A DNA stretch of 64,000 nucleotides from the NCBI GenBank assembly GCA_951406725.2, contig OX597826.1, positions 10,540,001-10,604,000 on the forward strand, written 5' to 3'. This DNA comes from Octopus vulgaris (Eukaryota). A program made the translations under genes and the position numbers. Shown piece by piece: positions 1 to 54,626 of the stretch (position 1 is the stretch's first letter; every line of letters begins with the position of its first letter). The notes under the pieces are model-generated. The model was not told the DNA's origin and did not search any database. It saw only the letters and a list, made by a program, of their open reading frames with translations.

Positions 1-672
1 CTTCCAGTGTACCATTATTTCAAGTGTATTCTGGATTTTGTTTGTCTGGCAAAATTTTTTTCTTTTTTGCTACTCAGTTGCATTGATGTCACCTCAAAAG
101 GCTAAGTTGACCTTGGAAGGATTTGAACATAGATTTGTTATATGCTAATACCTGAATTACACATCGAGTGTATGCAGACTGTCAATTTTATATAGTTCAA
201 GCCTTTTAAATTTAGTCATATTTGTTGTTACTGTTGTTGTTGTTGTTGTTCTGGTTTGTTCTGTCAATAGATGTCTGGCTGTATTGATTGTCTCGATATG
301 AAACACGGCTCTAGGCAATTTTAAGTGATTAAGTCCAATTATGCATTTCTAAGATTCTTGGAAACTAAATATAATTTTTGAATTTCTGGTGTTTACATTT
401 TTCTTCTTTTTTTTTGTTTTTCAAACTCTTTACAATATTGTGTCACACCCACCACTCCCTTATTAGTCAGATCTTTAATTAAAATTAGTATTTCTACCCT
501 CACATGAAACAAATTCATGGTTATTTATATTTTTGTAGAGTTAAAATTTTGTATCGGTCAAGTTCTTCGGTGTCAGCAGAATAATTTAAAAAAACAACAA
601 CAAAAAAAAAAAAAGAAAAAACTGATGCGTTTTACATTGTTCCACGGAGAAGAAATATTTAAAGTGTCTTAA

Positions 673-886
673 CCCTTTTCATACGAACCCACCTGAAACC
701 AATCCTGGTTCTGTGACAAACTGTTTAAAAGTGATTTAAATTACAATTTTCCATCAAAATTTTATGCTAATTGGTTCCAGACATCATCTTAATAATGAGA
801 GCATTATTTTGCTAAATTCGTTATCATTTTAAAAATTAATTAAAATAAAGCTAATGTATGTCAACAGAAATATCGTAACAAAAGGG
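673..886. mobile_element. piggyBac-type MITE, family P1
   Basis: TTAA|CCCTTT...AAAGGG|TTAA termini; related copies near 1200-1415, 5646-6216 (interrupted by a SINE), 6664-6886, 18218-18437 and 33122-33342. Confidence 0.8.
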
Positions 887-1646
887 TTAATGAAGCTTCA
901 TCATTTAAAAGTAGTGCCCCAGTATGACAAGAATCCAGTGTCTGAAATCAGTGAATTAATTAAGCAATTATTGCAGAGCCCTGCCTATAATGATAAATAC
1001 TCAATCATCTTCATGACAAACTAACTTATGGCTCATGTTTTAAATTTTACTGCATTAACTTTGTTCATGCTGACCACCACTAGTCTCCTCTTATTTGAAT
1101 GATAGTCCAACATGGGAGCCTCTACATGGTTGTTTGAACTGTTAGAAATAACAGCCAAGTTCCCCCAAATACCACTTTAAAGTAGGGAAGGGTACATTAA
1201 CCCTTTTGGTACCAACCCACCCAACACTGTCCCTGTTTCCATGATACAAACTTCCTGCTTACTTCTAAATTAAAACCTCCATCAAAATTTCATGTTAATT
1301 CATTTTCCAAACATTGGCTTAAAACCGACGAAAATATTTTGCTAAATTCTTCATTATTTTCAAAATAAATTGAGACAGAGGCAGTGAATTTCAACAGAAA
1401 TAGGGTAACGAAAGTAGTGAACAATATTGTCCTAAATATATAGAAAGACTGGATGGTCACAGTTGGCAAGCATTTGATCAATAGGCCTGTCCAAAGAGAC
1501 TGACCTGGGACAACAGCAATTTAAATTTAGTGAGTTAATATGATAAGCCTTTTAGCTGCTTCACTTTTGGGTCAAGAATCTGAATCCAAAAGTTGATAAT
1601 GTCTTTAGACAAAGTATGGTGTTCTTCTGTTTTATCTATTGAGCTA

Positions 1647-2070
1647 TCATCATCATCATCATCATTTAGCGTCCGCTTTCCATGCTAGCATGGGTTGGAT
1701 GGTTCAACTGGGGTCTGGGAAGTCAGGAAGCTGCACCAGGCCCAGTCTGATCTGGCAGTGTTTCTACAGCTAGTGGATGCTTTTTACGTACCACCAGCAC
1801 AGGTGCCAGACAAGGCTGACAAACAGCCACGATCGGATGGTGCTTTTTACATGCCACCAGCATGGGGGCCAGGCGAGACTGGCAATGGCCATGATCGGAT
1901 GGTGCTTTTTACGTGCCACCGGCATGGGGGTCAGGCGAGGCTGGCAAACGGCCATGATCGGATGGTGCTTTTTACGTGTCACCAGCACGAGGCCAGTCGG
2001 GGCGGCGCTGGCAATGGCCACGTTCAGATAGTTCTCTTACGTACCACTGGCACTGGTATCACAGCTGCAA
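1647..2070 (-). mobile_element. SINE-like family D ((GAT)n tail) with internal ~63-bp tandem array
   Basis: (CAT)n-TTTAGCGTCCGCTTTCCATGCTAGCATGGG end shared with copies at 25176-25365, 30724-30977, 33750-34143, 40060-40335 and 45592-45848; repeat anchors at 1778, 1841, 1903, 1966 and ~2032. Confidence 0.8.
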
Positions 2071-2311
2071 TTTCCATTGATGTTGATTGATTTCGATTTC
2101 GATTTTGATTTTGATTTGGATTTGGATTTGTATACAATATACATTACAGAGCCGACACACTAAGTAGTGATGTGTATAAATGTTGCTTGATCAAATATGC
2201 TTGGGGCATATTTGACCCCTAAGAAAGCTATTCACTGTATTTTGTCATGAAGAAAGTACTTTGAATGGCTTCCTTTTGGGTCTGAATACACTATAAGTAT
2301 ATTTGAACTGG

Positions 2312-2542
2312 AAAGGTGGCGAGCTGGCAGAAATGTTAGCATGCCGAGCGAAATGCTTAGCGGCATTTCGTCTGCCATTACATTCTGAGTTCAAATTCCG
2401 CCGAGGTTGACTTTGCCTTTCATCCTTTCGGGGTCGATAAATTAAGTACCGGTTACGCACTGGGGTCAATGCAATCAACTTAATTCCTTTGTCTGTCCTT
2501 GTTTGTCCCCTCTATGTTTAGCCCCTTGTGGGCAACTAAGAA
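2312..2542 (+). mobile_element. tRNA-derived SINE family A, full length with TSD
   Basis: A-box-like TGGCAGAA..TAGC and B box GTTCAAATTCC; central CCTTTCATCCTTTCGGGGTCGATAAATTAAGTACC; 19-bp TSD ataagtatatttgaactgg at 2293 and 2543. Confidence 0.9.
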
Positions 2543-2619
2543 ATAAGTATATTTGAACTGGTAACAAGTTTGTAATGATATATATTATATACAATACATA
2601 TATATTTTGTATATAATGT

Positions 2620-3065
2620 ATTCTGTTGTGTCTGGGGAGAGTCATTTTCTTTTTGTGCCTTATAATTTAACACACTCACCAGTAAAATTTCCACTTAATC
2701 CTTATTTTTATTTTCCTAAAATTTTCGTTGCGTGTTGCAACCTTTTCAATAGTCTTGACTCTGTCCATTATTTACACTGTGTTCCTTTTTGTTTGTTTGT
2801 GTGCATGTGTGTGGGTCAATGTGTGTGTGTGTGTGTGTGGGTATATATGTGTATATACACATGTATGTAAGCATATGGATATGAAAATAAACACATCAAC
2901 ATACAGACGGATAGGAACATAGGTTATAAGAACAGACAAGCACACATACACAAATGGAAACTGAAACACATGACTATATACACACACACTTTACTTCACA
3001 CAAGGACACATTGGAGACATGGGTCCACACATCCATACATACAAACATGGTACATAGTTGCAAAA

Positions 3066-3097
<32 letters not shown>

Positions 3098-3495
3098 GAC
3101 ATGAACACACAAAGAGACAGAGGTGCATACATATACAAACACATGTTCACACACACATACATAAAAAAATACACAAACACAGACATGCAAGCACATGAAT
3201 ATGCAGAATACATACATATAGATGCACACACAAACACATATACATACACACACATGTATATATACATACATGCATGCATTCATAGGCACATACACACACA
3301 CACACTGACCCACACGCATGCGAACAAACAAACAAAAAGAAATGAAGTGTAAATAACAGAGTCAAGACTATTGAAAAGGTTGTAAGATGCAATGAAAATT
3401 TTGGGAAAATAAAGGAATAAGTGGAAATTTTACTGGTGAGTGTGTTACATAATAAGGCACAAAAAGAAAATGACTCTCCCCAGACACAACAGAAT
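2620..3495. mobile_element. Foldback element/MITE with ~200-bp inverted arms and a (CA)n-rich spacer
   Basis: 2620-~2830 is the reverse complement of ~3290-3495; a solo arm recurs at ~47010-47156. Confidence 0.8.
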
Positions 3496-4503
3496 GGTTC
3501 ATGAAGAATACAGAGTTCATTTCTTGACCTTTTGCTACCTGAAGCATCCATCATTAGATGAGAAATGCTAGTGAAGGAGTTGCTCCCTAAATTCTCCTTA
3601 AAAAGTGGCTGCTGTTTAGATTTGTGCCTGAGTTGCAAACACGGTCTACAAATGTGGGTTACAGTATTTACTACGTGCACTTCATCTGTCATAGTTTCAT
3701 TCACATCTAGGTTGCATAGTAAAAATATAAATTGATCCCTGGAGTTAGCTGGATCTTCATTTTATCCATCCCTGTAGGATGAGAGGAAAACTGACCTGAC
3801 GTCTGCAGAATTTGAATTCAGAAAATAAAGAGTTGCATTGAATTAGTTGTAGTACACAGTATAAAGTGGTTGGAATTTAAGAGGAAAACCGCATTAGATT
3901 CCTCTTAAGATTTTCAACTGATTTCATAGAAACTGCAGATTCTAAACGAGCTGTCTTCGTGCTTAAACTGATTTTTCACTTAGTAATATAAGTTACCTTA
4001 TGAACTACTTGTATTAAAAATATCTTATAATGACAGAATTTAAAGATTTTAGAGACAGAAGAAAAACATAAGCAGACTTAGAATTAATTCAATACTTTCA
4101 ACAGATTCAAATTCCTTCAGACACTTTCTAAAGAATCATCTCGCCTCGAGCTATGGAGTGACAAGCTCAGAACAATTTCACTGATGTCTAACGTACAAAG
4201 AATCCAGTCGGTGGAATAACGACCATATAGTAGAACAACAACGCGTTTAGTTCATACCAGTATGGAAGCAATAGAGATATCTTAACTGTCTCCATCCTGA
4301 ATTCAGCTTGTCACTTTAAAGTTGCTCAGCCTTCAAGGTCGTGGAGACAGGTGGCCTAGTTTGTTAGATAGCGGTTTCAATTCCTGGACCGGAATTGTGT
4401 TTTTAAGCAAAACACATTCGCATTGCTCCAGTCCACCCAAGTGGCAAAACTGAATAATCCTGTGATGGACTAGTGTCCCATCTATGAGGTAAATATATAT
4501 ATA

Positions 4504-4875
4504 CTAGCACTATGACCCGGCAACGCTGGGTCATAGTGCTAGTGCATGCATATACAGCTGTGTGCGTGCGCACATACACGCGAGTACTGTCCAAATCTCC
4601 GACCGATCACATACAGCTAGCTGGCATTCAATTGGTGTATCAAGTTTCGGGCATTTTGATTGGGTTTTGGATAGAAAATTCACAAAAAAGTCACTTCTAT
4701 TGATTTTTTAATGGCTTTGCGGGGTGACTGGGGAAATGTAAAGATGTGCATGACCACCCTTGGACAGTTTTGAATGACCATAGAAAGTGTGAGCCCTCTA
4801 ACTGAAAAATTGTGGATTTGTATAAAGGACACACACACACACAGACAGACATTTTGCCGTTTATATATATAGAGA
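4504..4875 (-). mobile_element. Non-autonomous Helitron, copy 1 (inserted in a family C SINE)
   Basis: On the minus strand it starts TC, ends CTAG, lies between A and T with no TSD, has a 5' (TCTG)/(TG) microsatellite and a terminal hairpin. Confidence 0.85.
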
Positions 4876-5054
4876 TGCCATGGAAGCTGGGAAACTAGTC
4901 CTTATGAATCAGTAGGGCTTGAGAAGGATGTAGCCAAGGTAACAAAGTATGGAATATATTGTTGAGTTATTCTAAGGGTTGTATAACAGACTATGGAGAA
5001 TTTGATGAAACATTCATTGTTGCCTCAACCTTACTGTATTAATGGCTTTGATAA

Positions 5055-5360
5055 AAGGTAAAGAGTAAAGACCCCCTTTGGTCATGACTGACCATGGGAT
5101 TGCAATCTAGAAAGTTACCCTCCGAGGTGCAAGTCCAGGCAAGGTTGTTTATGGAAGACCAGCAGTCGCCCATGTATACCAGTCTCCCCTTTTCACGCCA
5201 GCGATGTTATCCAAGGGAAAGGCAAAGGCCATTACAGCTTGGCCCAAGCGATGTCGCAACTCATTTCTACAGGTGAGTGAACTTGAGCAACATGAAATAA
5301 AGTTTCTTGCTCAAGAACACAACACACAGCCTGGTAAGGGAATCAAACTCACTACCTCAT
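5055..5360 (-). mobile_element. SINE family C, tail type 1
   Basis: Shares TTCTTGAGCAAG-CACTTTATTTCA..TTGCTC body and tail with 5735-6068, 7003-7310 and 22525-22780. Confidence 0.8.
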
Positions 5361-5734
5361 TTTTATGTGTTCTGAATTAAAATCTTCCATCAGAATGTAG
5401 TGTTAATTTATGTTCCAAAAGTCAATTAATAATGTTAACAAAGTGGCCTTGATTATGTAAAAGGAAACTGTCAGAGGTGATCTGGTTGTCAAACATGTAG
5501 CATTTAACACTTCCATAACTATATCTCGGTTGAAATACGTTGCCATATGTTTGAAATACGTTTGAAAATAATCAAGAATTTGCAGAGACTTAGTAACATA
5601 AATACTACCTTTCATGTCGCTAAGCAAAACTTTAAAAATTCTTAACTCCTTTGTTACCATATTTTTGTTGAGGTACTCTGTCTTTACTTCACTTAATTTT
5701 GAAAATAATGAAAATTTTAGTGAAATGAGCTGAG

Positions 5735-6068
5735 CTGAGACCCCCTTCGGTCATGACTGACTGTGGGATTGCACCTAGAAAGTTACCCTCCCAGGCACAA
5801 GTCCGGGCAAGGTTGTTTATGGAAGACCAGCAGTCCCCCATGCATACCGGCCTCCCCTTTCCATGCCACCAATGTTATCCAAGGGAAAGGCAAAGGCCGA
5901 TACAGCTTGGCACCTGTGACTTCGCAACTTATTTCTGCAGTGAACTGGAGCAACATGAAATAAAGTGTCTTGCTCAAGAACACAACACGCAGCCTGGTCC
6001 GGGATTCGAACTCACAACCTCACAATTGTAAGTTCGACACTCTAACCACTGAGCCATGCGCCTTCACT
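5735..6068 (-). mobile_element. SINE family C, tail type 1, full length, nested in a piggyBac-type MITE
   Basis: tRNA-like head on the minus strand (TGGCTCAGTGG..GTTCGAATCCC); the flanks rejoin into a P1 MITE. Confidence 0.85.
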
Positions 6069-6249
6069 AGCGAAATAACTTTGTCGTTATTATTGGTTTT
6101 TGGAACATAAATTAACACTAAATTCTGATGGAAGATTTTAATTCAGAACTCTTGAAACCGAAATGTTTGTAACACAGATGAAGGGGTGGTCTGAGGTAGG
6201 TTGGTATCAAAAGGGTCAAACAAATGATAAATGATAAGGTGTAACATAT

Positions 6250-6615
6250 TCTATTCTTTTATTCTTTTACACATTTCAGTCATTGGACTGCAGCCTTAAA
6301 GGGTTTCAATTGAAAATAATCAACCCCAGGACTTATTTTTTTGTAAGCCTTGCACTTATTCTATCAGTCTCTGCTAAGTTTCAGGGACATAAACACACCA
6401 ACATAGGTTGTCAAGCAATGGTGGGTAGAACAAACATAGACATAAAGACTTACATACATGATGGGCTTCTTTAAGTTTCCATCTACCAAATCCACTCATA
6501 AGACTTTGGTTGGCCCGAGGCTATAGTAGAAGACACTTGCCCAAGGTGCCACACAGTTGGATTGAACCCAGAACCATGTGGCTGGAAAGCAAGCTTCTTA
6601 CCACACAGCCACAAC
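6250..6615 (-). mobile_element. SINE family B (CORE-like CCTTGGGCAAGT)
   Basis: Colinear with the intact copy at 26202-26610. Confidence 0.8.
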
Positions 6616-7002
6616 AAGGTGTTTTGTAGATATTCTCCAGCAGGTTGATATCAAAAGGATTAACTCTTTCGACACCGGGCTGCATGAAACCACTCCTGGT
6701 TCTTATGATACAAATTTCTTGTTTTAAAATGATCCAATTTAAAAGCTTTCATTAAAATTTCATGCTTATTTATTTTCAGAACACCAACTTAATAACAACA
6801 ATGTTATTTTACTAAATTCTTCATTATTTTTAGAATTAACGAAAACAAAAGCAGTGTCTTTCGATAGAAATATGGTAACTAAAGTGTTAAATGGTAATCT
6901 GCTAAGACAACTATTAATCCTTTAGCATTCAGATTACTCTGTCAAATGTAAATTTTTTTAAAAATTTATATTGTTATAAATTAGTTACGTATTATGTTGT
7001 AG

Positions 7003-7310
7003 CTACGATCGTGAGGTTGTGAGCTCGAATCCCGGACCGGGCTGCGCGTTGTGTTCTTGAGCAAGGCACTTTATTTCACGTTGCTCCAGTTCACTCAGCT
7101 GTAGAAATGAGTTGCGACGTCACTGGTGCCAAGCTGTATCGGCCTTTGTCTTTCCCTTGGATAACACTGATGGCGTGGAGAGGGGAGGCTGGTATGCATG
7201 GGCGACTGCTGGCCTTCCATAAACAACCTTGCCCGGACTTGTGTCTAGGAGGGTAACTTTCTAGGTGCAATCCCATGGTCATTCATGACCGAAGGGGGTC
7301 TTTACCCTTT
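7003..7310 (+). mobile_element. SINE family C, tail type 1 (5'-truncated)
   Basis: B-box remnant GCTCGAATCCC, shared body and tail; flanked by repeated tatgttgtagct (6993 and 7310). Confidence 0.85.
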
Positions 7311-7395
7311 ATGTTGTAGCTTTATGAGTTTAATGGTGATTAATGGTTACTCATTCACTTGTTTCAATCATTTGACTGCATCCATGCTGGAGCAC

Positions 7396-7704
7396 AATGG
7401 CCCAGTGGTTAGGACAGCGGACTCGCAGTCGGAGGATCGCGGTTTCGATTCCCAGACCAGGCATTGTGTGTGTTTATTGAGCGAAAACACCTTAAAGCTC
7501 CATGAGGCTCCGGCAGGAGATCGTGGCAACCTCTGTTGTACTCTTTCGCCACAACTTTCTCTCAATCTTTCTTCCTGTTTCTTGAATAACGCTGCGATGG
7601 ACTGGCATCCCGTCCAGCTAGGGGGAACACATGCACCACAGAAACCGGAAAACCGAGCCCATGAGCCTGGCTAGGCTTGAAAAGGGCACATAAATAAAAA
7701 AAAA
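7396..7704 (+). mobile_element. tRNA-derived SINE family E with A-rich tail, nested in a family B SINE
   Basis: TGGCCCAGTGG A box and GTTTCGATTCCC B box; TSD atgctgga(g/a)cac at 7384 and 7705. Confidence 0.85.
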
Positions 7705-8140
7705 ATGCTGGAACACCACCTTAAAGGGTTTTAGTTGAACAAATTGACCCCAGGACTTATTTTTGAAGCCTAGTACTTATTCTATCCTTTGCCAAATCTC
7801 TAAGTTATGGGGACATAAACACACCAACACAGATCGTCAAGTGGTGGTGGCGGGGGTGGGGTCAAATACAGACTCAAAGACACACACACACACACAGATA
7901 TATATGTAAGTGAAAAAATGTATAGTAACTGCTCAAACGGAAAGTAATCTGGTTGATAACTGATGAAGGATTAGGGACCTTCTATGTCTGTTTTCTGTCC
8001 ATTTGTCTACTCAATACACATTTTCCCCGTTCATCTGTGCATTCATTGTTTTTTACTTTTTGTTTGTGCTTTTTCTATACATTTGTTCACTTATTAAGTA
8101 ATGGAATGTAACATGCATACCGGTTTTATTAGTAATAAGT

Positions 8141-8177
<37 letters not shown>

Positions 8178-8255
8178 ATGTGTGCGCGTGTGTGTGTGTG
8201 TGTGTGTGTGTGCATGTGTGTGTTTGTGTGTGTATGTCAAGCTTCTTTCAGTTTC

Positions 8256-8480
8256 CTATTTCTTTACTCCCCACGAGGGGCTATAAACACAGAGGGGACA
8301 AACAAAGGAATTAAGTCGATTACATCGACCCCAGTGCGTAACTGGTACTTAATTTATCGACCCTGAAAGGATGAAAGGCAAAGTTGACCTTGGTGGAATT
8401 TGAACTCAGAATGTAACAGCAAACAAAATGCTGTTAAGCATTTTGCCCGGCATGCTAACGTCTCCGCCAGCTCACCTGAA
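8256..8480 (-). mobile_element. SINE family A nested in a family B SINE
   Basis: 17-bp TSD aagcttctttcagtttc at 8239 and 8481. Confidence 0.88.
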
Positions 8481-9359
8481 AAGCTTCTTTCAGTTTCTAT
8501 CTATCAAATCCACTTACGGTGGGGGTGGGGGTTTCGGTTGGCCTGAGGCTATAAGTAGAAGACACTCACCCAAGGTGCCATGCAGTGGGACTGAACCAGG
8601 AACCATGTGGTTGGGAAGCAAGCTTCTTACCACATAACTATGACTGCCCCTGTGTATTTTTAGAATGCCATGTAGGGTATATGTGAGAGGTCGAATCTGG
8701 TTAGTTTCAATGTAAAATGGGTTTTTGTCAGATATGGCCAGTTTAAATGCTGAAAGGTTATGCTACCACCACCACCACTACAATCGAAGGTGACACTCCA
8801 CTATATTATCACCATTGACATCCCTACTCTAGCAACTATTATTACTATTTGGTTACTGGAAACTGAAAGAAGCCTGCGACATGTGCATGTCATTGGCATT
8901 TGGTGATAGTTGTAATTGAGCATCATCATACAAGCGCTTCCACACCATCTACAAAAGCCATTCTTTCCACCACTACTATCCAAGAACAGCACAAAGCAGT
9001 AAGATGGTTTTTAGGTGGTCACTCAATCTGCATGAAATAGCAGCCAAGTCTCCATGGAATCGTATCCTAACTGTCTTAAATAAGTAAACAATACATTAAA
9101 TGCTTTAGGCACCTCTAGAAAAACAAAATAATCATGGTTTGAATTTTTGATTGCGGATCTGCTTGGTCAGGGCTGACCTGGGGCTAAATCATAACAACAG
9201 CTAGTCTTTACACATTGCTCCTACTATCACTGTAGCTGTTATCTCTAGCTTTGTTAGTACCATGACCAACAACCTCTTACCCCCTAAAATGTATAAAAAA
9301 TATCACCACTTAAAATACCGATATCAGTTGCATTGCCAATGTTTCAATGTCCTAATTTA

Positions 9360-9965
9360 GTTATAACTCCATACATTGATGACCCCCATGTATTATTAAT
9401 TCCATATATTGGTGACCCCATATTGGTGCCCTAATGTATTGATGACCCCCATCTGTTGTGAATTCCATATATTGGTGACCCCATATTGATGGCCCACATG
9501 TATTGGTAACTCCATATATTAATGACCCCATATTGATACTCTAATGTATTAGTGACCCCATATTGATACCCTAATGTATTGATGACTCCCATGTATTGTT
9601 ACTCCATATATTGATGACCCCATATATTGTAACTCTATATATTGGTGACCCCATATTGATAACCCACATGTATTGTTAACTCGATATATTAATGGCCCCA
9701 TATTGATACTCTAATGTGTTGGTGACCCCATATTGATACCCTAATATATTGATGATCCTGTATTGATATTAATGCATTGATGACCCCCATGTATTGTTAA
9801 CTCCATATATTAATGCCCTAATGTAAGGATGATCCCAATGTGTTGTTAACTCCATATCTTGATGACCCCATATTGATGCCCTAAACTATTGATGACCCTA
9901 TATTAATGCCCTAATGTCGGAATGACCCCATGTATTGATGACTCTATGTATTGATGCCCCCATGT
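9360..9965. repeat. Degenerate ~15-18-bp minisatellite (TATTGATGACCCCA) with a 170-bp higher-order duplication
   Basis: Motif repeated over ~600 bp; 9461-9590 aligns with 9631-9760. Confidence 0.9.
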
Positions 9966-10090
9966 TTTGACCCTCCCATGCATGACATTCTAACTTTGCC
10001 CCTTAACCTTGCTCTCTTTGTTCGATGACTTTTAAAGATTTTATTTTCCCTTTTCCTGTTTTGCAGTCGTCGTCAGCTACAAACTATCCA

Positions 10091-51871
<41,781 letters not shown>

Positions 51872-53575
51872 AAAAAGAGGCTGCTGTCAATAGGAGGAAA
51901 AGATTTGAAAAAGAGGATTTTTTTGACAATGAATTTCTTTTTAATGCATTATTTAGGTTACATACCATAATCATTTGGTGTACAGTTGCACATTGGAAAA
52001 GAAAGAAAAAAAAGAGAGAGGAAGCCAGTTTTGAAAAACTACTTTCATCTTGTGTTCTTTTCCCAGTTCATTATATTCTTTTAAATTCATGTTTTACAAC
52101 ATACCAAGATTTTTTTTAAAAAAAATTCAAGTCAAAGCTATGGGGAGGGTAATATGAGGGTGATGTGAAAATTAAAATTGGAAAGAAAGAAGAAGTGTAC
52201 TAGAGAATGGAGGGGGATTTGTGTAAAGAGATCCTAGTAACAGAACATTCCAAAAAAAAAAAAAAAAAGACAGAAAAAGAAAATAAGAATTCAGAAATAC
52301 AATAATAGAATTGAATTAAATAATTGAAAAGTAGACATCATCAAATCAAAGAATTAAAAAAAAAAAAATGTGAGAGAGGAAAGAATTTTTTTAAAAATGT
52401 GCAAGTCCCCCTCAAAACCTGTTATATATTTTAATCTGCCTGGGAGAATTAGAAAGTTTAAAATTTTCTCTGAGAGTATATAAAAATATACTTTTAAGAA
52501 GAAAAGAAATTAAAAAAAAAATAATAATCATTCAAACAAAACAAACTGAAACTAGTTCAAACTGAAAAAAAAAAAACCTTCATTAGTCTATGTTGTTTTT
52601 GATGTTGTTTCATTGTCAAGATTTTGTCTCTTAACTATAGAAAATCCCCTCTTTTTTTTTTTACATATATGTATGAACAAGTTAATATTTTTTTATTTAT
52701 TTATATTTTTGTCAAAATATATCCTTTAATATAGGATATATATTCTATGTCTGTATTTTCTGAGTGGTGCATCTATATATATATTTGAGATGTTTTATTT
52801 CAGTTTACGTTTAATTTTTTTTTTTTTTTAAAAACACCCAAAATTAAACAAATTAGTATGATGATGTCATTCCATTAGTGAAAATGATTTACAAAAAAAA
52901 CACCCACAATTAAACCTGACCTCTATTTTGAGTATTACGTTTCTCAAGTGATGTTCGACTGAAGACTGGAAATGTGCATCTGATGGTGTCTGGTCTCTCC
53001 TCAAATGAGCCCCACAATCAACATTTTGTTGGAGTGTTGAGTATGTTTAACCTTGCTCTCTTACATTGTGTATGTGTGTGTGTGTACATTATATATATAT
53101 ATATTAGGTATATATATATAATATGTGTGTGTGTGTGTGTATATGACATGTGTGTGTGTGTATTGAGAAAAAGTGCTCAATACTTATCTTTATTAATTTA
53201 CATGCAGCTTCTTGTTTCTGTTAGGTTCTTCAAGTTGCTTTCACTTGAGGAACGTGGCAGGACTGGAAAGCTTTGTGTCTGATTGTAATGAAACTTCAGC
53301 TTTTAATAAACCAAGACACATGCACACACGCATACGTATATGTGTGGGTGTGTGTATTTGTGCATGTATTTATGCCTACATGTGTGTGTATGCATATGTA
53401 TGTATATATATATATATATCTGTGTGTGTATGTGTGTGCGTGCTAGGTATCGTTATAAGACTACCATCGCTCAGGGTTCTGTATGTTATTTCAGTTGACC
53501 ACTTAGGAGAAGCTATGTCATAATCTCTCAGTTAAATACTTCTTCAATCTGTTGTTATTATTATTAATATTATTA

Positions 53576-53612
<37 letters not shown>

Positions 53613-53863
53613 TAATTTTCATCATAATCATCATCATTAATAATAATAATAATATTAATAGTTATTACATTTAGCCTACTGTCATACACAGCAATGCTGT
53701 ATGTATTCTGTGAAATGAGCCTATGTTCTGGTTTCAATTTCCAGTTAAATCTGTTTCACATATGTTGCTAATACCCTAGGTATAGTCATAAACAGCATGA
53801 TTTCTCAATCAAATCCCTTTTAAAACAAAAATTCAAAGCTTTATACCTATGTACAAATTATTA

Positions 53864-53910
<47 letters not shown>

Positions 53911-54235
53911 GCTACTACTACTACTATTATTATTATTACTATTATTTAATATAACACAGTCAATAATGAGATCAAATCAGTCAGAGCATGATAAAGTCAA
54001 GCAATATTAACTAGAGTATTATGATGCTTTGATAATTACTCAAATGCACTGTAGAGTATTAATTTGTTGTGAATTAATTTTGTACTGATTTGAATTCCTT
54101 TGAATACTCAAGGAAAAATGTAAATGTAAATTTCAGTTTTGAAATTTTTGAAATTGGAAAGAAAAAAACAAAAATCTAAGTAAAAAAAAAATTGTAAAAA
54201 TAACTAATTGAATGAATAGCATACTAAAGATATAG

Positions 54236-54284
<49 letters not shown>

Positions 54285-54384
54285 ATATACATATATATGT
54301 GTATATATATATATATATACATGTATATATACATATATATGTGTATATATATATATATATACATGTATATATACATATATATTG

Positions 54385-54416
<32 letters not shown>

Positions 54417-54491
54417 TATATACATATACATATATATATACATATATATATACATATATATATACATATATATATATACATATATATATAC

Positions 54492-54548
<57 letters not shown>

Positions 54549-54563
54549 TATACATATATATAT

Positions 54564-54626
<63 letters not shown>

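Noticed and set aside
1770-2060. CRISPR-like repeat/spacer pattern and overlapping ORFs
   Set aside because: The spacers are homologous to each other, the array lies inside a SINE-like element, the context is eukaryotic and there are no cas genes.
2607-3704. Cluster of 64-185 aa ORFs
   Set aside because: (CA/TG)n-rich spacer and arms of a foldback element.
7396-7462. tRNA gene
   Set aside because: A and B boxes are present but there is no proper acceptor stem, and it continues into a SINE body with an A-rich tail and TSD. The same applies to other SINE heads.
7938-7990. Hammerhead core CTGATGAAGG
   Set aside because: No GAAA after a stem II and no consistent stems; at best a decayed remnant.
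10025-10066. ATG 10025 as the start codon
   Set aside because: The added residues (FIFPFPVLQ) are the translated polypyrimidine tract and acceptor of an intron.
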